Shown here: piece by piece, positions 19,778-32,245 of the stretch
Layout: each line of letters opens with the position of its first letter
Numbering within the stretch: position 1 is the first letter of the stretch
Assembly (NCBI GenBank): GCA_963663225.1
Contig: OY760142.1
Location: forward strand, 3,168,001 to 3,232,000
Length of the DNA stretch: 64,000 nt
From: Nitrospirota bacterium
Lineage (GTDB): Bacteria > Nitrospirota > UBA9217
Direction: 5' to 3'
Position numbers and translations under genes: made by a program
The notes under the pieces: model-generated
What the model was told of the DNA's origin: nothing
Seen by the model: the letters and a program-made list of their open reading frames with translations, nothing else
The model's database searches: none

Positions 19778-21118
19778 TCAAATTTTCCACTGTAATTCCC
19801 ATCTGATAAATGTTGCGGCATCTCGATTTGCAGGCGCATAGTAATCGCCCGGTACAAAATCCTCGATCAGCAGATAACCGTCGATGGTCTTGGAAAATTT
19901 GTGGGCGAGCTTTGCAATATACAGGTCACCACGCTTTTTTCCACCTTGTGAAAACATGCCTGTTCCGATCGTATTTTCATTCGCCAGCATATACGTATAG
20001 GACAGATCAAGAGTTGTAGCAGGCGTCAGAGCAAACTTCAAGGATGCCCGGGCGGCCTGAAGATTGGTCCAATATGCCACAATGCCCCCTGATTCCTTTG
20101 CAAGAGATAAGCAATAGAGTTCGCTGAGCCAGGGGAACCGGGAGAAGAGCGGGTCCCAGCTTCCGTCTTTATCAGGAGAATTCGGCTTATCGCCGGAAAG
20201 ATAGACATACCCCAACTCCCAGGATGGTGTAAAGGGCACGGTATCATATTTCTGGCTCACATAGGCATAGCCGCCATCCGCCTCCCTCTTCATCCCGTTG
20301 TCATACGATCCGAACTGGTGTGCGTATTCACCCCGTGCGTTCACTCCGCGCCAGCCGCTTCCAACGGAGTATGTGAAACGTGCGCCAAGCGTGTTCAGTC
20401 TGAGCACGTTGGAGGAATATTCCGCTTTCCATACATAATACGGTTCTATGCCGAAATCATCAAAGGGCTTCAAATTTCCATATACGACCACCGCTTCTTC
20501 ATTATAGCCACTCAGGTTGCGTTTGGGGGAGGAAAACATGATCGGCAGACTGTTTTCATAGGCCTGATCGGTGATATAAATAAGATCAGCACTTGTTTTT
20601 TCGCTGAATTTTACCGTCGCCTTCGCCGCATTGAAATAAAAGCTGCGGGACCCGTCTCCCGGCGTGCCGTCCATGAGTATGAATCCGTCTCCATACATCA
20701 GGTCTTGCCTGCCGATGCTCACATCAACAGGCAGTCCCGCGATGTTGTTTCCATACACGATAAGGTTATCAAAAAAAATTTCATCCTTATTGAGCCCGAG
20801 CGGCCTGCTTCCCGGATTGGTATTGGTGGAATCAAAAAAGTAGCGGGCCTCGTTCGTGAGTTTAACATAAAACCCATATTTTTTGTTCAGTTCAACTCTG
20901 TCCCAAATCGATGTTTTGAGACGGAGATAATTGTCGTCATTGTTGGGCCTTCCCGTCCCCGGATCCACTGACTGAAAGGTGAATACATTATCCCATACTT
21001 CCTGTCTTAACCGCAGCGAAAGCCCGAATGTGTTATCCAGTTCGGCATACGCTGACGTGGCTATAAAAAATCCTGCCGCAAGCGCAACTATTCCTCTCAC
21101 AAAAAATCTGTTCAACAT
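19778..21118 (-). CDS. Alginate-export (AlgE-like) family outer-membrane porin
   Basis: GGGGAGG RBS before ATG 21118, signal peptide, LRLRQE, IGRQDLMYGDG, YLSGD...WDPLF, beta-barrel pattern. Confidence 0.8.
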   Translation of the reverse strand: MLNRFFVRGIVALAAGFFIATSAYAELDNTFGLSLRLRQEVWDNVFTFQSVDPGTGRPNNDDNYLRLKTSIWDRVELNKKYGFYVKLTNEARYFFDSTNTNPGSRPLGLNKDEIFFDNLIVYGNNIAGLPVDVSIGRQDLMYGDGFILMDGTPGDGSRSFYFNAAKATVKFSEKTSADLIYITDQAYENSLPIMFSSPKRNLSGYNEEAVVVYGNLKPFDDFGIEPYYVWKAEYSSNVLRLNTLGARFTYSVGSGWRGVNARGEYAHQFGSYDNGMKREADGGYAYVSQKYDTVPFTPSWELGYVYLSGDKPNSPDKDGSWDPLFSRFPWLSELYCLSLAKESGGIVAYWTNLQAARASLKFALTPATTLDLSYTYMLANENTIGTGMFSQGGKKRGDLYIAKLAHKFSKTIDGYLLIEDFVPGDYYAPANRDAATFIRWELQWKI

Positions 21119-21255
21119 ATCCTCCCCCCTCCCTTGCAATGCAACTCGCTTCAATCTGTTCTACTGATCTGTTTACTTATTCCCCCTGTAATCTTGACGA
21201 AAGCACACCTGTCGTACATTAAACCAATACAGCAACACAGCACATTCTTATTTTT

Positions 21256-22011
21256 TCAGGGAATGCCTAGGATTTTATGTATTTGAGGAATCACTCGGGC
21301 ATTTTGAATGATTTTGAGAACAGCTTCATGAAACTCTACAAGCATAGCCGCTGAAGGAGCAAAGCAGCCGCTTGCCGGCTGAATAACAAAAGGAATTTCA
21401 TCATCAAACCCTGCGATAATTTCGGCAGCTGCCATGACATCATCCAGGGACGTGGCATTGGTTACGACCACCTTGATAAACAGGGTCAAGCCTTGCGCAG
21501 CGGCAAGGAACTGCTTGTGCTCCCCCCAAAACGGCTGCAGGCCGGTTGCCGACGGCAGCTTGAAATCCATGCTTATTACATCGACCACGGAACGAAGGTC
21601 CTTCATGGCTGCTGCATGCAGGCCATTCGTCTCTAAATAAATCCGGAACGTCTTTCGTGTCAGGGGAAGGAACTCCAGTAAAAAATCATGGTGCAGCAGC
21701 GGCTCCCCTCCGGTCAGGCTGATTGTAGGACGTGAGGGACCCGGTATGACCAGGTTTGAGCAAAAGTCGACAAGATCGCCGCTGGAGACAGGATTGGGGA
21801 TCTGCTTGTACTGTAGCGGTTCTTTGGATATCTGCACATTGCAGAAGTGCGGCTCTTGTTCACCGGAAGTACTGTTGGTGGGAGCAAGCGTATCACAATA
21901 CTGGCAACGGATATCGCAGCCTGCAAAGCGCACAAAAATATGACGCTCCCCGATCCAAGGCCCTTCGCCCTGGATGGATGAAAAAATTTCCTGTAGAAAA
22001 GCCTGTTTCAT
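21256..22011 (-). CDS. queE: 7-carboxy-7-deazaguanine synthase (radical SAM)
   Basis: EIFSSIQGEG, FVRFAGCDIRCQYCDT, SLTGGEPLL, LETNG, PQIHK. Confidence 0.9.
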   Translation of the reverse strand: MKQAFLQEIFSSIQGEGPWIGERHIFVRFAGCDIRCQYCDTLAPTNSTSGEQEPHFCNVQISKEPLQYKQIPNPVSSGDLVDFCSNLVIPGPSRPTISLTGGEPLLHHDFLLEFLPLTRKTFRIYLETNGLHAAAMKDLRSVVDVISMDFKLPSATGLQPFWGEHKQFLAAAQGLTLFIKVVVTNATSLDDVMAAAEIIAGFDDEIPFVIQPASGCFAPSAAMLVEFHEAVLKIIQNARVIPQIHKILGIP

Positions 22012-22019
22012 CGGAAGCA

Positions 22020-22048
22020 ATAATACAGAACAATGGTACGAATTACAA
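22020..22048 (-). promoter_or_regulatory. sigma70-like promoter of queE (near-leaderless)
   Basis: TTGTAA-17 nt-TATTAT, then 8 nt to ATG 22011. Confidence 0.5.
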
Positions 22049-22151
22049 GGAGTCGTTTATTTTTATTAAAGATAGGCTGAAAACGGCCGAAACATACTGT
22101 ATTATGTGATAATTTCCATATACACAAAAATGCAGGAATACACATAATATC

Positions 22152-22180
22152 TTGACAAAACAGCATAAATAAGGTAATTT
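22152..22180 (+). promoter_or_regulatory. sigma70-like promoter of the lytic transglycosylase gene
   Basis: TTGACA-17 nt-TAATTT, AAGGAGG RBS downstream. Confidence 0.6.
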
Positions 22181-22202
22181 TATGTGCAATAAAGGAGGGA
22201 TA

Positions 22203-23537
22203 ATGCGCAATCGTTTTATCCTTATTTTTCTATCAGTTATAGCCTTTTCTTTTCTCATGCTGACGTCAGGATACGCAGAATATCCATCCTCCGCAGATAC
22301 GGCAACAGTCCCCCAGCAATTGCAACCACCCTCTGAAGATGTTATCAAGCTGGAAGAAGGCATCGATGATTCTGTAGTGGAAAAACCTTATAATATCCCG
22401 ATGGTTCTGAATGACAGCGTGGAAAACCATCTCGAATATTTTAAAACGCGCGGTAGAGACGCATTTCAGCTCTGGCTCGACCGTTCAGCCCGTTATATTC
22501 CGCTTATGAAGGAAATTTTCAAGCAGAAGAACTTGCCGGAAGATCTGGTTTATATCGCAATGATCGAAAGCGGGTTCAACCCGTACGCCGTATCCTGGGC
22601 AAAGGCCGTTGGTCCATGGCAGTTTATGAGCGCAACCGGCAAACTATATGGCCTTAAAATTGACTGGTGGATTGACGAGCGCAAAGATCCGGTAAAATCT
22701 ACTAACGCTGCCGCGGAACATCTGAAGGATCTGCGCAATCTCTTCGGATCCTGGCCGCTGGCAATGGCTTCATACAATGCAGGCGCCGGGAAGGTGCAGC
22801 GTGCCGTCCTCAGAACCCGGTCCGAGGACTTTTGGGACCTGAAGGCCTCCCGGTATATCAGAAAAGAAACAAAAAATTACGTGCCGAAATTCATGGCTGC
22901 CACCATCATAGCAAAAAACCCGGAGTCGTACGGCTTTACTGTGTCAAAATTCGAGCCGTTCAAGTATGACGAAATCGTTCTCGATGAAAGCACCGATCTT
23001 CGTCTTGTCGCACGTTGCACCGGCGCCACCTATCAGGAGATCAAAGAACTGAATCCGGAACTGCGGCGATGGGTGACCCCTCCTGGCTTCGAAAAATACA
23101 CGTTGCGCATTCCGGCCGGAAAAAAAGAACTGTTCCTTGCAAATTTTGCGGCCATTCCTCCCGAACAAAAAATCAAGTGGGAGCGGCATGAGGTTAAAAA
23201 GGGAGAGACCCTGTCTCAGATTGCAAATCAGTACAACACGGTTCCCGAAGCGATCCGGGACATTAACGGGCTTAAGAAAAACCGCGTGTCACCAGGCAAA
23301 CACTTGCTGATTCCGGTGGACCTTAACGGAAAACAGGATGTCAGCTACCTGACAACAGTTGAAGGCGGGAAACGACAGCAGATCCTTTATCGGGTACGAC
23401 GGGGCGAAACAATCACAAAAGTTGCCCAAAAACATAATGTAAGTGTTGCCGACATTCGGGAGTGGAACAAGGGCCTCGGTAAATCCCTGCGGGCAGGACA
23501 GAAAATCAAGCTGGTTGTTGACACTGACAACATCTGA
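22203..23537 (+). CDS. mltD: MltD-like lytic transglycosylase with two LysM domains
   Basis: IAMIESGF catalytic Glu, AVGPWQFM, ASYNAG, ETKNYVPK, LysM repeats HEVKKGETL and YRVRRGETI. Confidence 0.9.
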   Translation: MRNRFILIFLSVIAFSFLMLTSGYAEYPSSADTATVPQQLQPPSEDVIKLEEGIDDSVVEKPYNIPMVLNDSVENHLEYFKTRGRDAFQLWLDRSARYIPLMKEIFKQKNLPEDLVYIAMIESGFNPYAVSWAKAVGPWQFMSATGKLYGLKIDWWIDERKDPVKSTNAAAEHLKDLRNLFGSWPLAMASYNAGAGKVQRAVLRTRSEDFWDLKASRYIRKETKNYVPKFMAATIIAKNPESYGFTVSKFEPFKYDEIVLDESTDLRLVARCTGATYQEIKELNPELRRWVTPPGFEKYTLRIPAGKKELFLANFAAIPPEQKIKWERHEVKKGETLSQIANQYNTVPEAIRDINGLKKNRVSPGKHLLIPVDLNGKQDVSYLTTVEGGKRQQILYRVRRGETITKVAQKHNVSVADIREWNKGLGKSLRAGQKIKLVVDTDNI

Positions 23538-23739
23538 CAGGAAGCGAACAGCAACTCAGCAAGTACTCAACGCTTCATACTGCATCAATTGCTTTATCTA
23601 AGCCAGAACTCAAGACCTTCGCATTCATCACTCGACCCTCCTGCTCTCCGCAATGACCGCGAGTATGCATTCCTTGTCTGCGTTCAACAGATCGCCCATG
23701 ACTGAGGAAATAACCAAGTGCCAGGATGTGATTCCTCTT

Positions 23740-24453
23740 CTACTTTGCTTCTTTTCCCGTACCGGGAACCGAGAAAGGTACTGCGCTCTGCGTTTTTGTC
23801 ATTGCCTCCATGGCCCACGTCGTACCGCCGAGTTTGCTCAGCACCAGTTTGTATTTCTTCTGTGCTTCCGCGATGTTCCCTGTCGTCTCATACAGCTTTG
23901 CAAGCTCGATTGTCGAGACGCCGGGACCATTGAGAGACTCTGCCTGCTCCCACGCTTTTATGGCTTCACTCTGGTTATTTAGCCCTTGATAAATATATCC
24001 TACTCGCTGATATACGAGACCGAGCAGAAATCTGTCTCCTGAATACTGTGAAATGAATTTTTTATATTCCTTGAGAGCCTCGTCTGTCTGGCCCAGATTC
24101 ACGAGACAATTGCCGATATAGTACTGTGCAATCGCTCCATTCACGGTACTGGGATATTTTTGCTGCACATCGCGAAAAAGACCGAGGGCTTTTTGATAGT
24201 CGGGAACGGTCCCGGCCGAAGGACGATAATATTCATATGCCGCGGAAACGAGTGGCGATGCATTCTTCTCCTGCACTGAGCGCAGCACCAGATACCCCGC
24301 CGCAATCAGAAATACCGCGATAACAGACAGGCAAGCAACAAGCAACTGCTTTTTATAGGTTATCGCAAAATCGGTAATCCGGTGGGCAATGGTCATGAAT
24401 TCCTGATTAGGCTGTTTTTTTGCATTATTATCTCTTTTTTTGATCGTCGGCAT
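23740..24453 (-). CDS. Membrane-anchored TPR protein (YfgM-like)
   Basis: GGAGGAG RBS before ATG 24453; one TM helix followed by TPR helices. Confidence 0.8.
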   Translation of the reverse strand: MPTIKKRDNNAKKQPNQEFMTIAHRITDFAITYKKQLLVACLSVIAVFLIAAGYLVLRSVQEKNASPLVSAAYEYYRPSAGTVPDYQKALGLFRDVQQKYPSTVNGAIAQYYIGNCLVNLGQTDEALKEYKKFISQYSGDRFLLGLVYQRVGYIYQGLNNQSEAIKAWEQAESLNGPGVSTIELAKLYETTGNIAEAQKKYKLVLSKLGGTTWAMEAMTKTQSAVPFSVPGTGKEAK

Positions 24454-24519
24454 GAATCTCCTCCCAAGAAATTGGCGGTTTGCAGGATGCGGATTAAGTG
24501 GCAGCAATCCCTGGCTACA

Positions 24520-25182
24520 TCATTGCTTCCAAGCAGCAAGTGCTTTTGCTGCCAATTTTTTTGAGTTTTGAAGAACAGTCAAAATTGCAGTGCGGTCCAG
24601 ACCGGCTCCGAGCAGAATTCTCTGCGCCTGTTCATCGGTAATAAGATCTCCGGGCTCGTGGGTGTCCGTATCGATGACAAGCTTTGCCCCGGTCTCCAAG
24701 GCCAGTTTCGCCACATGGCCATTGGACAAACTGTGGCCCTTGCGGGACGTGATCTCGAGGTGGACACCGTTCCGCGCGGCCAGTTCAGCTTCGTCTCCGC
24801 TCAGAAGGCCGGGATGAGCAAGGATATCCACACCCGCCTCGATTGCCGCCCGATTCGTTCCCGGATGCACGGGTTCAACAAGCGTTTCGCCATGCGCAAC
24901 AACAACAACGGCGCCAAGAGAGCGTGACCGCTCCACAAGCTCACCGAACGTTTCCGGCGGAATGTGAGTAAGCTCGATTCCGGGCAGGGCCGTTATGTTC
25001 CATCGCCGGTTCAGCTCCCTGCATGCAGCCGTGACGCGTGGAATGATAAAATCAAAGTTTGACGCGTCCGCATGATCGGTAATCGCTATTACTTCATAAC
25101 CGTGGATGACCGCCCGGCGGACCAGTTCCGACGGAACCAGCACTCCGTCACTGAAAAAAGAATGCGTGTGGAGATCGATCAT
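24520..25182 (-). CDS. PHP-domain protein (histidinol phosphate phosphatase-like)
   Basis: IDLHTHS..SDG, ITDH, ELTH, AHP, DTDTH. Confidence 0.9.
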   Translation of the reverse strand: MIDLHTHSFFSDGVLVPSELVRRAVIHGYEVIAITDHADASNFDFIIPRVTAACRELNRRWNITALPGIELTHIPPETFGELVERSRSLGAVVVVAHGETLVEPVHPGTNRAAIEAGVDILAHPGLLSGDEAELAARNGVHLEITSRKGHSLSNGHVAKLALETGAKLVIDTDTHEPGDLITDEQAQRILLGAGLDRTAILTVLQNSKKLAAKALAAWKQ

Positions 25183-25212
25183 GGCAACACCTCGGGTGCA
25201 GCGTGACTGGCA

Positions 25213-26166
25213 TTATTTTGAAGCGATTGAAAACTTTTTCCCCTGGTAACTTCCGCGCTGCTCCATATAGAGATCCAGGTCTTTGAGCAACTGATAGCGC
25301 GTTTTGTGCCAAAGGGGTGCGATCAGGATGTCATCCGGTGCTGCGGCAAACAGCCTCTGCAAAACAATGTCCGGAGAAAGCCGTTCCAGAAAATCTGCGA
25401 GCATTTCTATCCATGCATGATAACCGAATGTCGAAAAAGGCTCCCTGGCAAAAACATCAGCCAGAGCCGTATGCTGCACCACCTGGAGCTGATGTATCTT
25501 GAGAAATTCGAGCGGCAGCCGGGAGAGCGCATCCGCCATGCCGAGCATTTCCTCCCGCGTCTCGGTGGGAAAACCCAGAATAAGGTGTGCGCCGACCCGG
25601 ATTCCTTTTCCGGTGGTCATCGAAAGGGCGTTTTGAAAGCACTCCCACGTATGGCCCCGGTTTATAAATGCCAGCGTTTTGTCGTAAATCGACTGGAGTC
25701 CGTATTCTACAAGGATAAAATAGTCTTTGGCAAGTTCTTCAAGAAGCGCTATTTTTTCCGCATCAATACAGTCCGGTCGTGTCCCGATGGCAAGCCCGAG
25801 TACATCGGGATTATCCAATGCCTCCCGATACAGCGTTGCAAGCGTTTCTACCGTCGCATACGTATTTGAGTATGGCTGAAAATATACGATAAACTTCTCA
25901 GCTCCGTAGCGGGAGCGAAGATACGGGACGCCTCTCTCGATTTGCTTCCGGATGGATTCAGCGCTTGAACATGCTTCAGGTCTGAAGCTGTCGTTATTAC
26001 AGTAAATGCAGCCGCCTGATGCGACCGTACCGTCGCGATTAGGGCAGGTAAACCCCGCGTCTACATTGACCTTGTAAACCGCCTTGCCATATATATCTTT
26101 CATGTACTGCCCGAAGGCTTTATAATGTCTTGATGCAGTTTTTTTGTTAAATTCAGCTACTTTCAT
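25213..26166 (-). CDS. YhcC/TIGR01212-type radical SAM protein
   Basis: DAGFTCPNRDG...GGCIYC, YFQPYSNTY, IGTRPDC, INRGH. Confidence 0.9.
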   Translation of the reverse strand: MKVAEFNKKTASRHYKAFGQYMKDIYGKAVYKVNVDAGFTCPNRDGTVASGGCIYCNNDSFRPEACSSAESIRKQIERGVPYLRSRYGAEKFIVYFQPYSNTYATVETLATLYREALDNPDVLGLAIGTRPDCIDAEKIALLEELAKDYFILVEYGLQSIYDKTLAFINRGHTWECFQNALSMTTGKGIRVGAHLILGFPTETREEMLGMADALSRLPLEFLKIHQLQVVQHTALADVFAREPFSTFGYHAWIEMLADFLERLSPDIVLQRLFAAAPDDILIAPLWHKTRYQLLKDLDLYMEQRGSYQGKKFSIASK

Positions 26167-26387
26167 GACAACATCTATATTGATTCCGCAATCATAACCG
26201 CCGGGGCCGCTTCAAGTGCAATCCTGCGATTTGAAGTCTCAATAATCCTTATCGCTTATTTGTTGATGAAACACTATACCAGAGGAGAAACAAAAAATCC
26301 AGAATGGAATTAAGTAGTTCAGCTCCGGAGTATAGAAAAAATTGCTGCACTCTTCGAACTCATCCGAAGCGTTCAGATGGCATCCGA

Positions 26388-27884
26388 TTACAACTCAAAT
26401 ATTCTGCTGGCTCTAATAAAGCGTTTTAAATAATACTTTTCGTACAGGTTGCTCTTTGTCACGCCGGTTCTGCTGCTTGCATGGGCAAAAATACCATCAC
26501 CCAGGTAAACGCCTACGTGAGAAACACGACCTCTGGTTGAGGAATCGAAAAAAAGCAGATCTCCCGGCTGGATACCGGACTCATCGACACTGAATCCGAC
26601 AAGTGACTGACCCATGGTGCTTCTGGGAAGTTCAATATTCTGGGCGCGGTAGATTCTTCTCGTAAACGCAGAGCAATCCAACCCTTTATTGGAATCACCG
26701 CCGTAGCGATAGGGAACGCCAAGAAACTGCTCCACGATTGCGTTCAGCTTGTCCAAATCGAGCTGGCCTTTTTTTGCGTCCGTGGCGATGGATCGCCCCA
26801 TGTCCTCCAGTTGTTTTTTCCGAAGGGCCCGCCGTTCCCGGATTCTTTGCAGTTTCTCTTGCTCAAACGCAGTCAACTCGGCTTCAAGGGCTTTTTGCTC
26901 TGTTGCGAGTTGAATTGATTCGGCATGTGCAGTTTTCAGATGCGATTCAAGCTGCCTGATAATATTTTCTTGGGCGATTCTTGCGGCGTGTTCGCCCTCG
27001 CTTCTGCCCTGCTGCAGCAGTTTTTCTTCTGCCGCAGCTTTTTCGTTTTCTTTTTGCTTCGTGTCCGCTGCCGACAGCTGCAGTCGGCTCTCCAGCTGTC
27101 TCCTGCGCTCTTGTTTAGCGAGCATTTCCTGTTCTTTCGGAGTCAGTGGCTTCCATTTTTTAGGTTCTCTTTTTCGTACAAATTTGACCGCGTCCAGCGC
27201 CAGCTGGTCCGGGCTTTTTTTCTTCAATTTCCCCCTTTTTACGTCGCGCATAATGCGCAGGGCGACTTTGCGCGGCGTCAAACCACGTTCAACACCGTAA
27301 ATCAAACCACGGGAGAGCCCCAGTATTGACGCCGGTTTCCAGGCATCGTCAAGGGCACGGGCAATGAACCCTTCCGCAATATCCTGAGGCACATCCGAAT
27401 TATGAAAATCCTGGAGCGCTTTTGCGGCTGCAACCAGACTATCGGCAGGTACGGCCGCATATACAATAATATCCAGCATCTGCTCCACATATTCCAGCGG
27501 AGCGCCCCGCTTTGAAGATTCGTAAACAAGGCCGATAACTTCAACAGTTTTTTCTTCGGTAACATTTTCAAAATCAGCCTTTCTGACCACTTTTTCTACA
27601 ATTTTCAAAAAAACAGGGCTGAATCTTTTGTCCGAATCCGGTGAAAACCTGATAAGAAGCAGATTCTTTATCTTTTCTTTTTTGAGCCGAACGCATTCCT
27701 TATCGAGCACTGCATTTATTTCGGCCATCTCCTTGCCGGTGTCGGAGTAACCAGTTGCCGGAAGAGAAAAAGACGCTATGCAGCAAAAAAGGAGAATGCT
27801 CCTAAAAATTGTTCTTGTAAAAACCGCTTTCATACTCTTTACTGTATTCCCTCCCCGAAGAGCCGGAGGCCTCTCTGTCACCAT
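26388..27884 (-). CDS. Exported NlpC/P60 peptidoglycan endopeptidase with helical N-domain and coiled coil (start may be ATG 27833)
   Basis: LGVPYRYGG...GLDCSAF, PGDLLFF, HVGVY, HASS; E/K/Q/R-rich coiled coil; signal-like segment. Confidence 0.85.
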   Translation of the reverse strand: MVTERPPALRGGNTVKSMKAVFTRTIFRSILLFCCIASFSLPATGYSDTGKEMAEINAVLDKECVRLKKEKIKNLLLIRFSPDSDKRFSPVFLKIVEKVVRKADFENVTEEKTVEVIGLVYESSKRGAPLEYVEQMLDIIVYAAVPADSLVAAAKALQDFHNSDVPQDIAEGFIARALDDAWKPASILGLSRGLIYGVERGLTPRKVALRIMRDVKRGKLKKKSPDQLALDAVKFVRKREPKKWKPLTPKEQEMLAKQERRRQLESRLQLSAADTKQKENEKAAAEEKLLQQGRSEGEHAARIAQENIIRQLESHLKTAHAESIQLATEQKALEAELTAFEQEKLQRIRERRALRKKQLEDMGRSIATDAKKGQLDLDKLNAIVEQFLGVPYRYGGDSNKGLDCSAFTRRIYRAQNIELPRSTMGQSLVGFSVDESGIQPGDLLFFDSSTRGRVSHVGVYLGDGIFAHASSRTGVTKSNLYEKYYLKRFIRASRIFEL

Positions 27885-27923
27885 GATCCACGTCAGGCAT
27901 CAAGTCTGTAAGACTACGCAGCA

Positions 27924-28778
27924 TTACGTTGTAAATCGCTTATCCCGCAACGACAGCACCGTTTTCAAATTTCGCGGGTCATCTTCTTCCGTTTTCTTTG
28001 GAGTTTCCATAATCATCGGAATATCCCGGAACGTTGGATGATTCAGCAATATCCTAAACCCTTCCAGACCTATAGTTCCTTCGCCGATATGCCAGTGGCG
28101 GTCCACATGCGAACCGAGGTCGCGGAGGCAATCATTCAGATGCATCCCTTTGAGGCGTTTCAGGCTCACTGTTGTATCAATTTTTTTCGCGAGAGCATCA
28201 ACATCCTTGTCGGATCTGATATCGTATCCTGCGGCAAAACCATGGCAGGTATCATAGCAGATACCGATGCAGGAAGAATCATTGAGATGCGCTATCACGT
28301 CCTGCACCTGCTCGAGAGTGTACCCTACATCCCCTGCCTCGCCTGCCGTATTTTCCAGGAGGATGGTCGCGCGGGGTGGATGCAATCTCATCGCCATGTT
28401 CAGGGCGGCCGCCACCCGGTCAACCATCCAGGTCGGCTCTTTGCCGCTGGCCGAACCGAGGTGCGTAACCAGATATTCTGCCCCGAGATGCTCGGTCCGT
28501 TCAAGGTCGATGACAAACTGCTCGATCGATTTTTCGTACAGGTCCGGCCGGGAGGAAGCAAGATTGATCAGGTAATTTGTATGGACAAAAACAGGGGCGA
28601 TGTCCCATTGATTGCGGAGCTTTTTAAATTCTGCGATATCGTCCGTGTCAAGCGGCTTGATCGTCCATCCGCGGGGATTGCGGCAGAATATCTGCATCGC
28701 GGAACAGCCGAGGTCGTACGCACGCTCAACGGATTTGGAAAATCCGCCGCTGATCGATACATGAAAACCAAGACGCAC
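27924..28778 (-). CDS. nfo: Endonuclease IV
   Basis: GFHVSISGG, HTNYLINLAS, LLENTAG, CYDTCH, HLND, DRH..IG.G, METP. Confidence 0.95.
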   Translation of the reverse strand: MRLGFHVSISGGFSKSVERAYDLGCSAMQIFCRNPRGWTIKPLDTDDIAEFKKLRNQWDIAPVFVHTNYLINLASSRPDLYEKSIEQFVIDLERTEHLGAEYLVTHLGSASGKEPTWMVDRVAAALNMAMRLHPPRATILLENTAGEAGDVGYTLEQVQDVIAHLNDSSCIGICYDTCHGFAAGYDIRSDKDVDALAKKIDTTVSLKRLKGMHLNDCLRDLGSHVDRHWHIGEGTIGLEGFRILLNHPTFRDIPMIMETPKKTEEDDPRNLKTVLSLRDKRFTT

Positions 28779-28779
28779 G

Positions 28780-30807
<2,028 letters not shown>

Positions 30808-30852
30808 TCATTGCAACCGGGGCCGGACTCAACCGCTCCTTTGGACAGCGCG

Positions 30853-32238
30853 CTACTCGCTGCTTTTTTCCTCCAGGTGGTAGTCCTTGATTTTCGTAAG
30901 GAGTGTTTTGTAGCTCACTTGAAGAATTTCCGCCGCGCGGGTTTTATTCCCGTTTGTCTGCCTGAGCACCTGCCTGATACGGCGGGATTCTGTGATACGG
31001 ACCGCTGCTTCGGCAACCGCCTGCAGAGGACCGTCCATCGGCACGTTCTCGGCCAGCGTTTCGCGGATATTCGACTCGCTGATACCGAGGTCCTGGCTGC
31101 GAATCGTCCCTCCATCGGCGTGAATGACGGCCCGTTCCATCACATTCTCAAGTTCCCGCACGTTTCCTTTCCAGCGGTATTTCGTCAGAATATCCATGGC
31201 TTCATCAGAAACGGAAAGAGGTCCCTTCCGGACTTCCGCGGAGAATTTGTTCAGAAAATGCTGAGCGAGCATCTTGATGTCCTCACGCCGGTCCCGAAGA
31301 GGCGGAATGGTGATCGGAAATACATTCAAACGATAGTACAGATCATCACGAAAAAGCTTCTCTTCAACCGCTTTTTCGATGTTTTTATTCGTAGCCGCAA
31401 TGATTCTCACATCGATCTTGATTGGCTTGTTACCTCCAACACGCTCAATCACCTGATCCTGCAGGACCCGCAGGACCTTCGCCTGAAGAGCAAGATCCAT
31501 GTCTCCGATCTCGTCCAGAAATACCGTGCCCTTGTCCGCCAGCTCAAGCTTTCCGAGCTTGCGCGCATCAGCCCCCGTAAACGCACCGCGTTCATAACCG
31601 AACAATTCGCTTTCAAGCAGTTCCTTCGGGATGGCGGCCGAATTAATGGCAATAAACGGTCCATTCTTGCGCTGGCTCAGGCAATGCACAGCGCGAGCGA
31701 ACAGTTCCTTTCCGGTCCCGCTCTCTCCATGCAACAATACGGTCGCATTGGTCGGAGCGACTTTTTGTATATTTGCGGTGATCTCCTGCATGTGCGCGCT
31801 TTTTCCGATAATCGTCGGAAACCCGATCCGGTCGGCGAATTCTTCCCGCAGAAGAATATTTTCCGTCGCCAGGCGGGAGGCATCCAACGCCCGCTTTATT
31901 AGCAGCAACAGATGGTCGGTATCAAAAGGCTTCGTCAGGAAATCATACGCTCCCTGCTTCACGGCCTTGACCGCGGTCTCGATGGTGCCGAAAGCGGTCA
32001 TGACGATGACGGGCAGGAGCGGATGTTCATCTTTTGCTGCCTTGAGGACTTCAAAACCGTCCTTTTTCGGCAGTTTGATGTCAGTCAGCACCAGACCGAC
32101 CCGCTCATTTGCCAGTTTCTTAATGCCTTCCGCGCCGTCCCTGGCGGCCACGACAAAATACCCCTCCGCCTCAAGCGTCTGCTTCAGCATGTCAAGCATG
32201 CTCTCTTTATCTTCTATAACGAGGATTGTATCCGCCAT
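30853..32238 (-). CDS. sigma54-dependent response regulator (PilR/NtrC-like)
   Basis: Receiver domain, GESGTGKE, ESELFG...GAFTGA, FLDEIG, WKGNVRELEN, Fis HTH. Confidence 0.93.
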   Translation of the reverse strand: MADTILVIEDKESMLDMLKQTLEAEGYFVVAARDGAEGIKKLANERVGLVLTDIKLPKKDGFEVLKAAKDEHPLLPVIVMTAFGTIETAVKAVKQGAYDFLTKPFDTDHLLLLIKRALDASRLATENILLREEFADRIGFPTIIGKSAHMQEITANIQKVAPTNATVLLHGESGTGKELFARAVHCLSQRKNGPFIAINSAAIPKELLESELFGYERGAFTGADARKLGKLELADKGTVFLDEIGDMDLALQAKVLRVLQDQVIERVGGNKPIKIDVRIIAATNKNIEKAVEEKLFRDDLYYRLNVFPITIPPLRDRREDIKMLAQHFLNKFSAEVRKGPLSVSDEAMDILTKYRWKGNVRELENVMERAVIHADGGTIRSQDLGISESNIRETLAENVPMDGPLQAVAEAAVRITESRRIRQVLRQTNGNKTRAAEILQVSYKTLLTKIKDYHLEEKSSE

Positions 32239-32245
32239 AACTACA

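Noticed and set aside
21256-22011. queE as part of a 7-deazaguanine DNA-modification (Dpd) system
   Set aside because: Stand-alone host gene with no dpdA, queC, queD or folE neighbours, and far from the prophage
23538-23739. Tiny minus-strand ORFs and a weak stem between mltD and the TPR gene
   Set aside because: ORFs of 17-23 aa and an imperfect stem; not enough support
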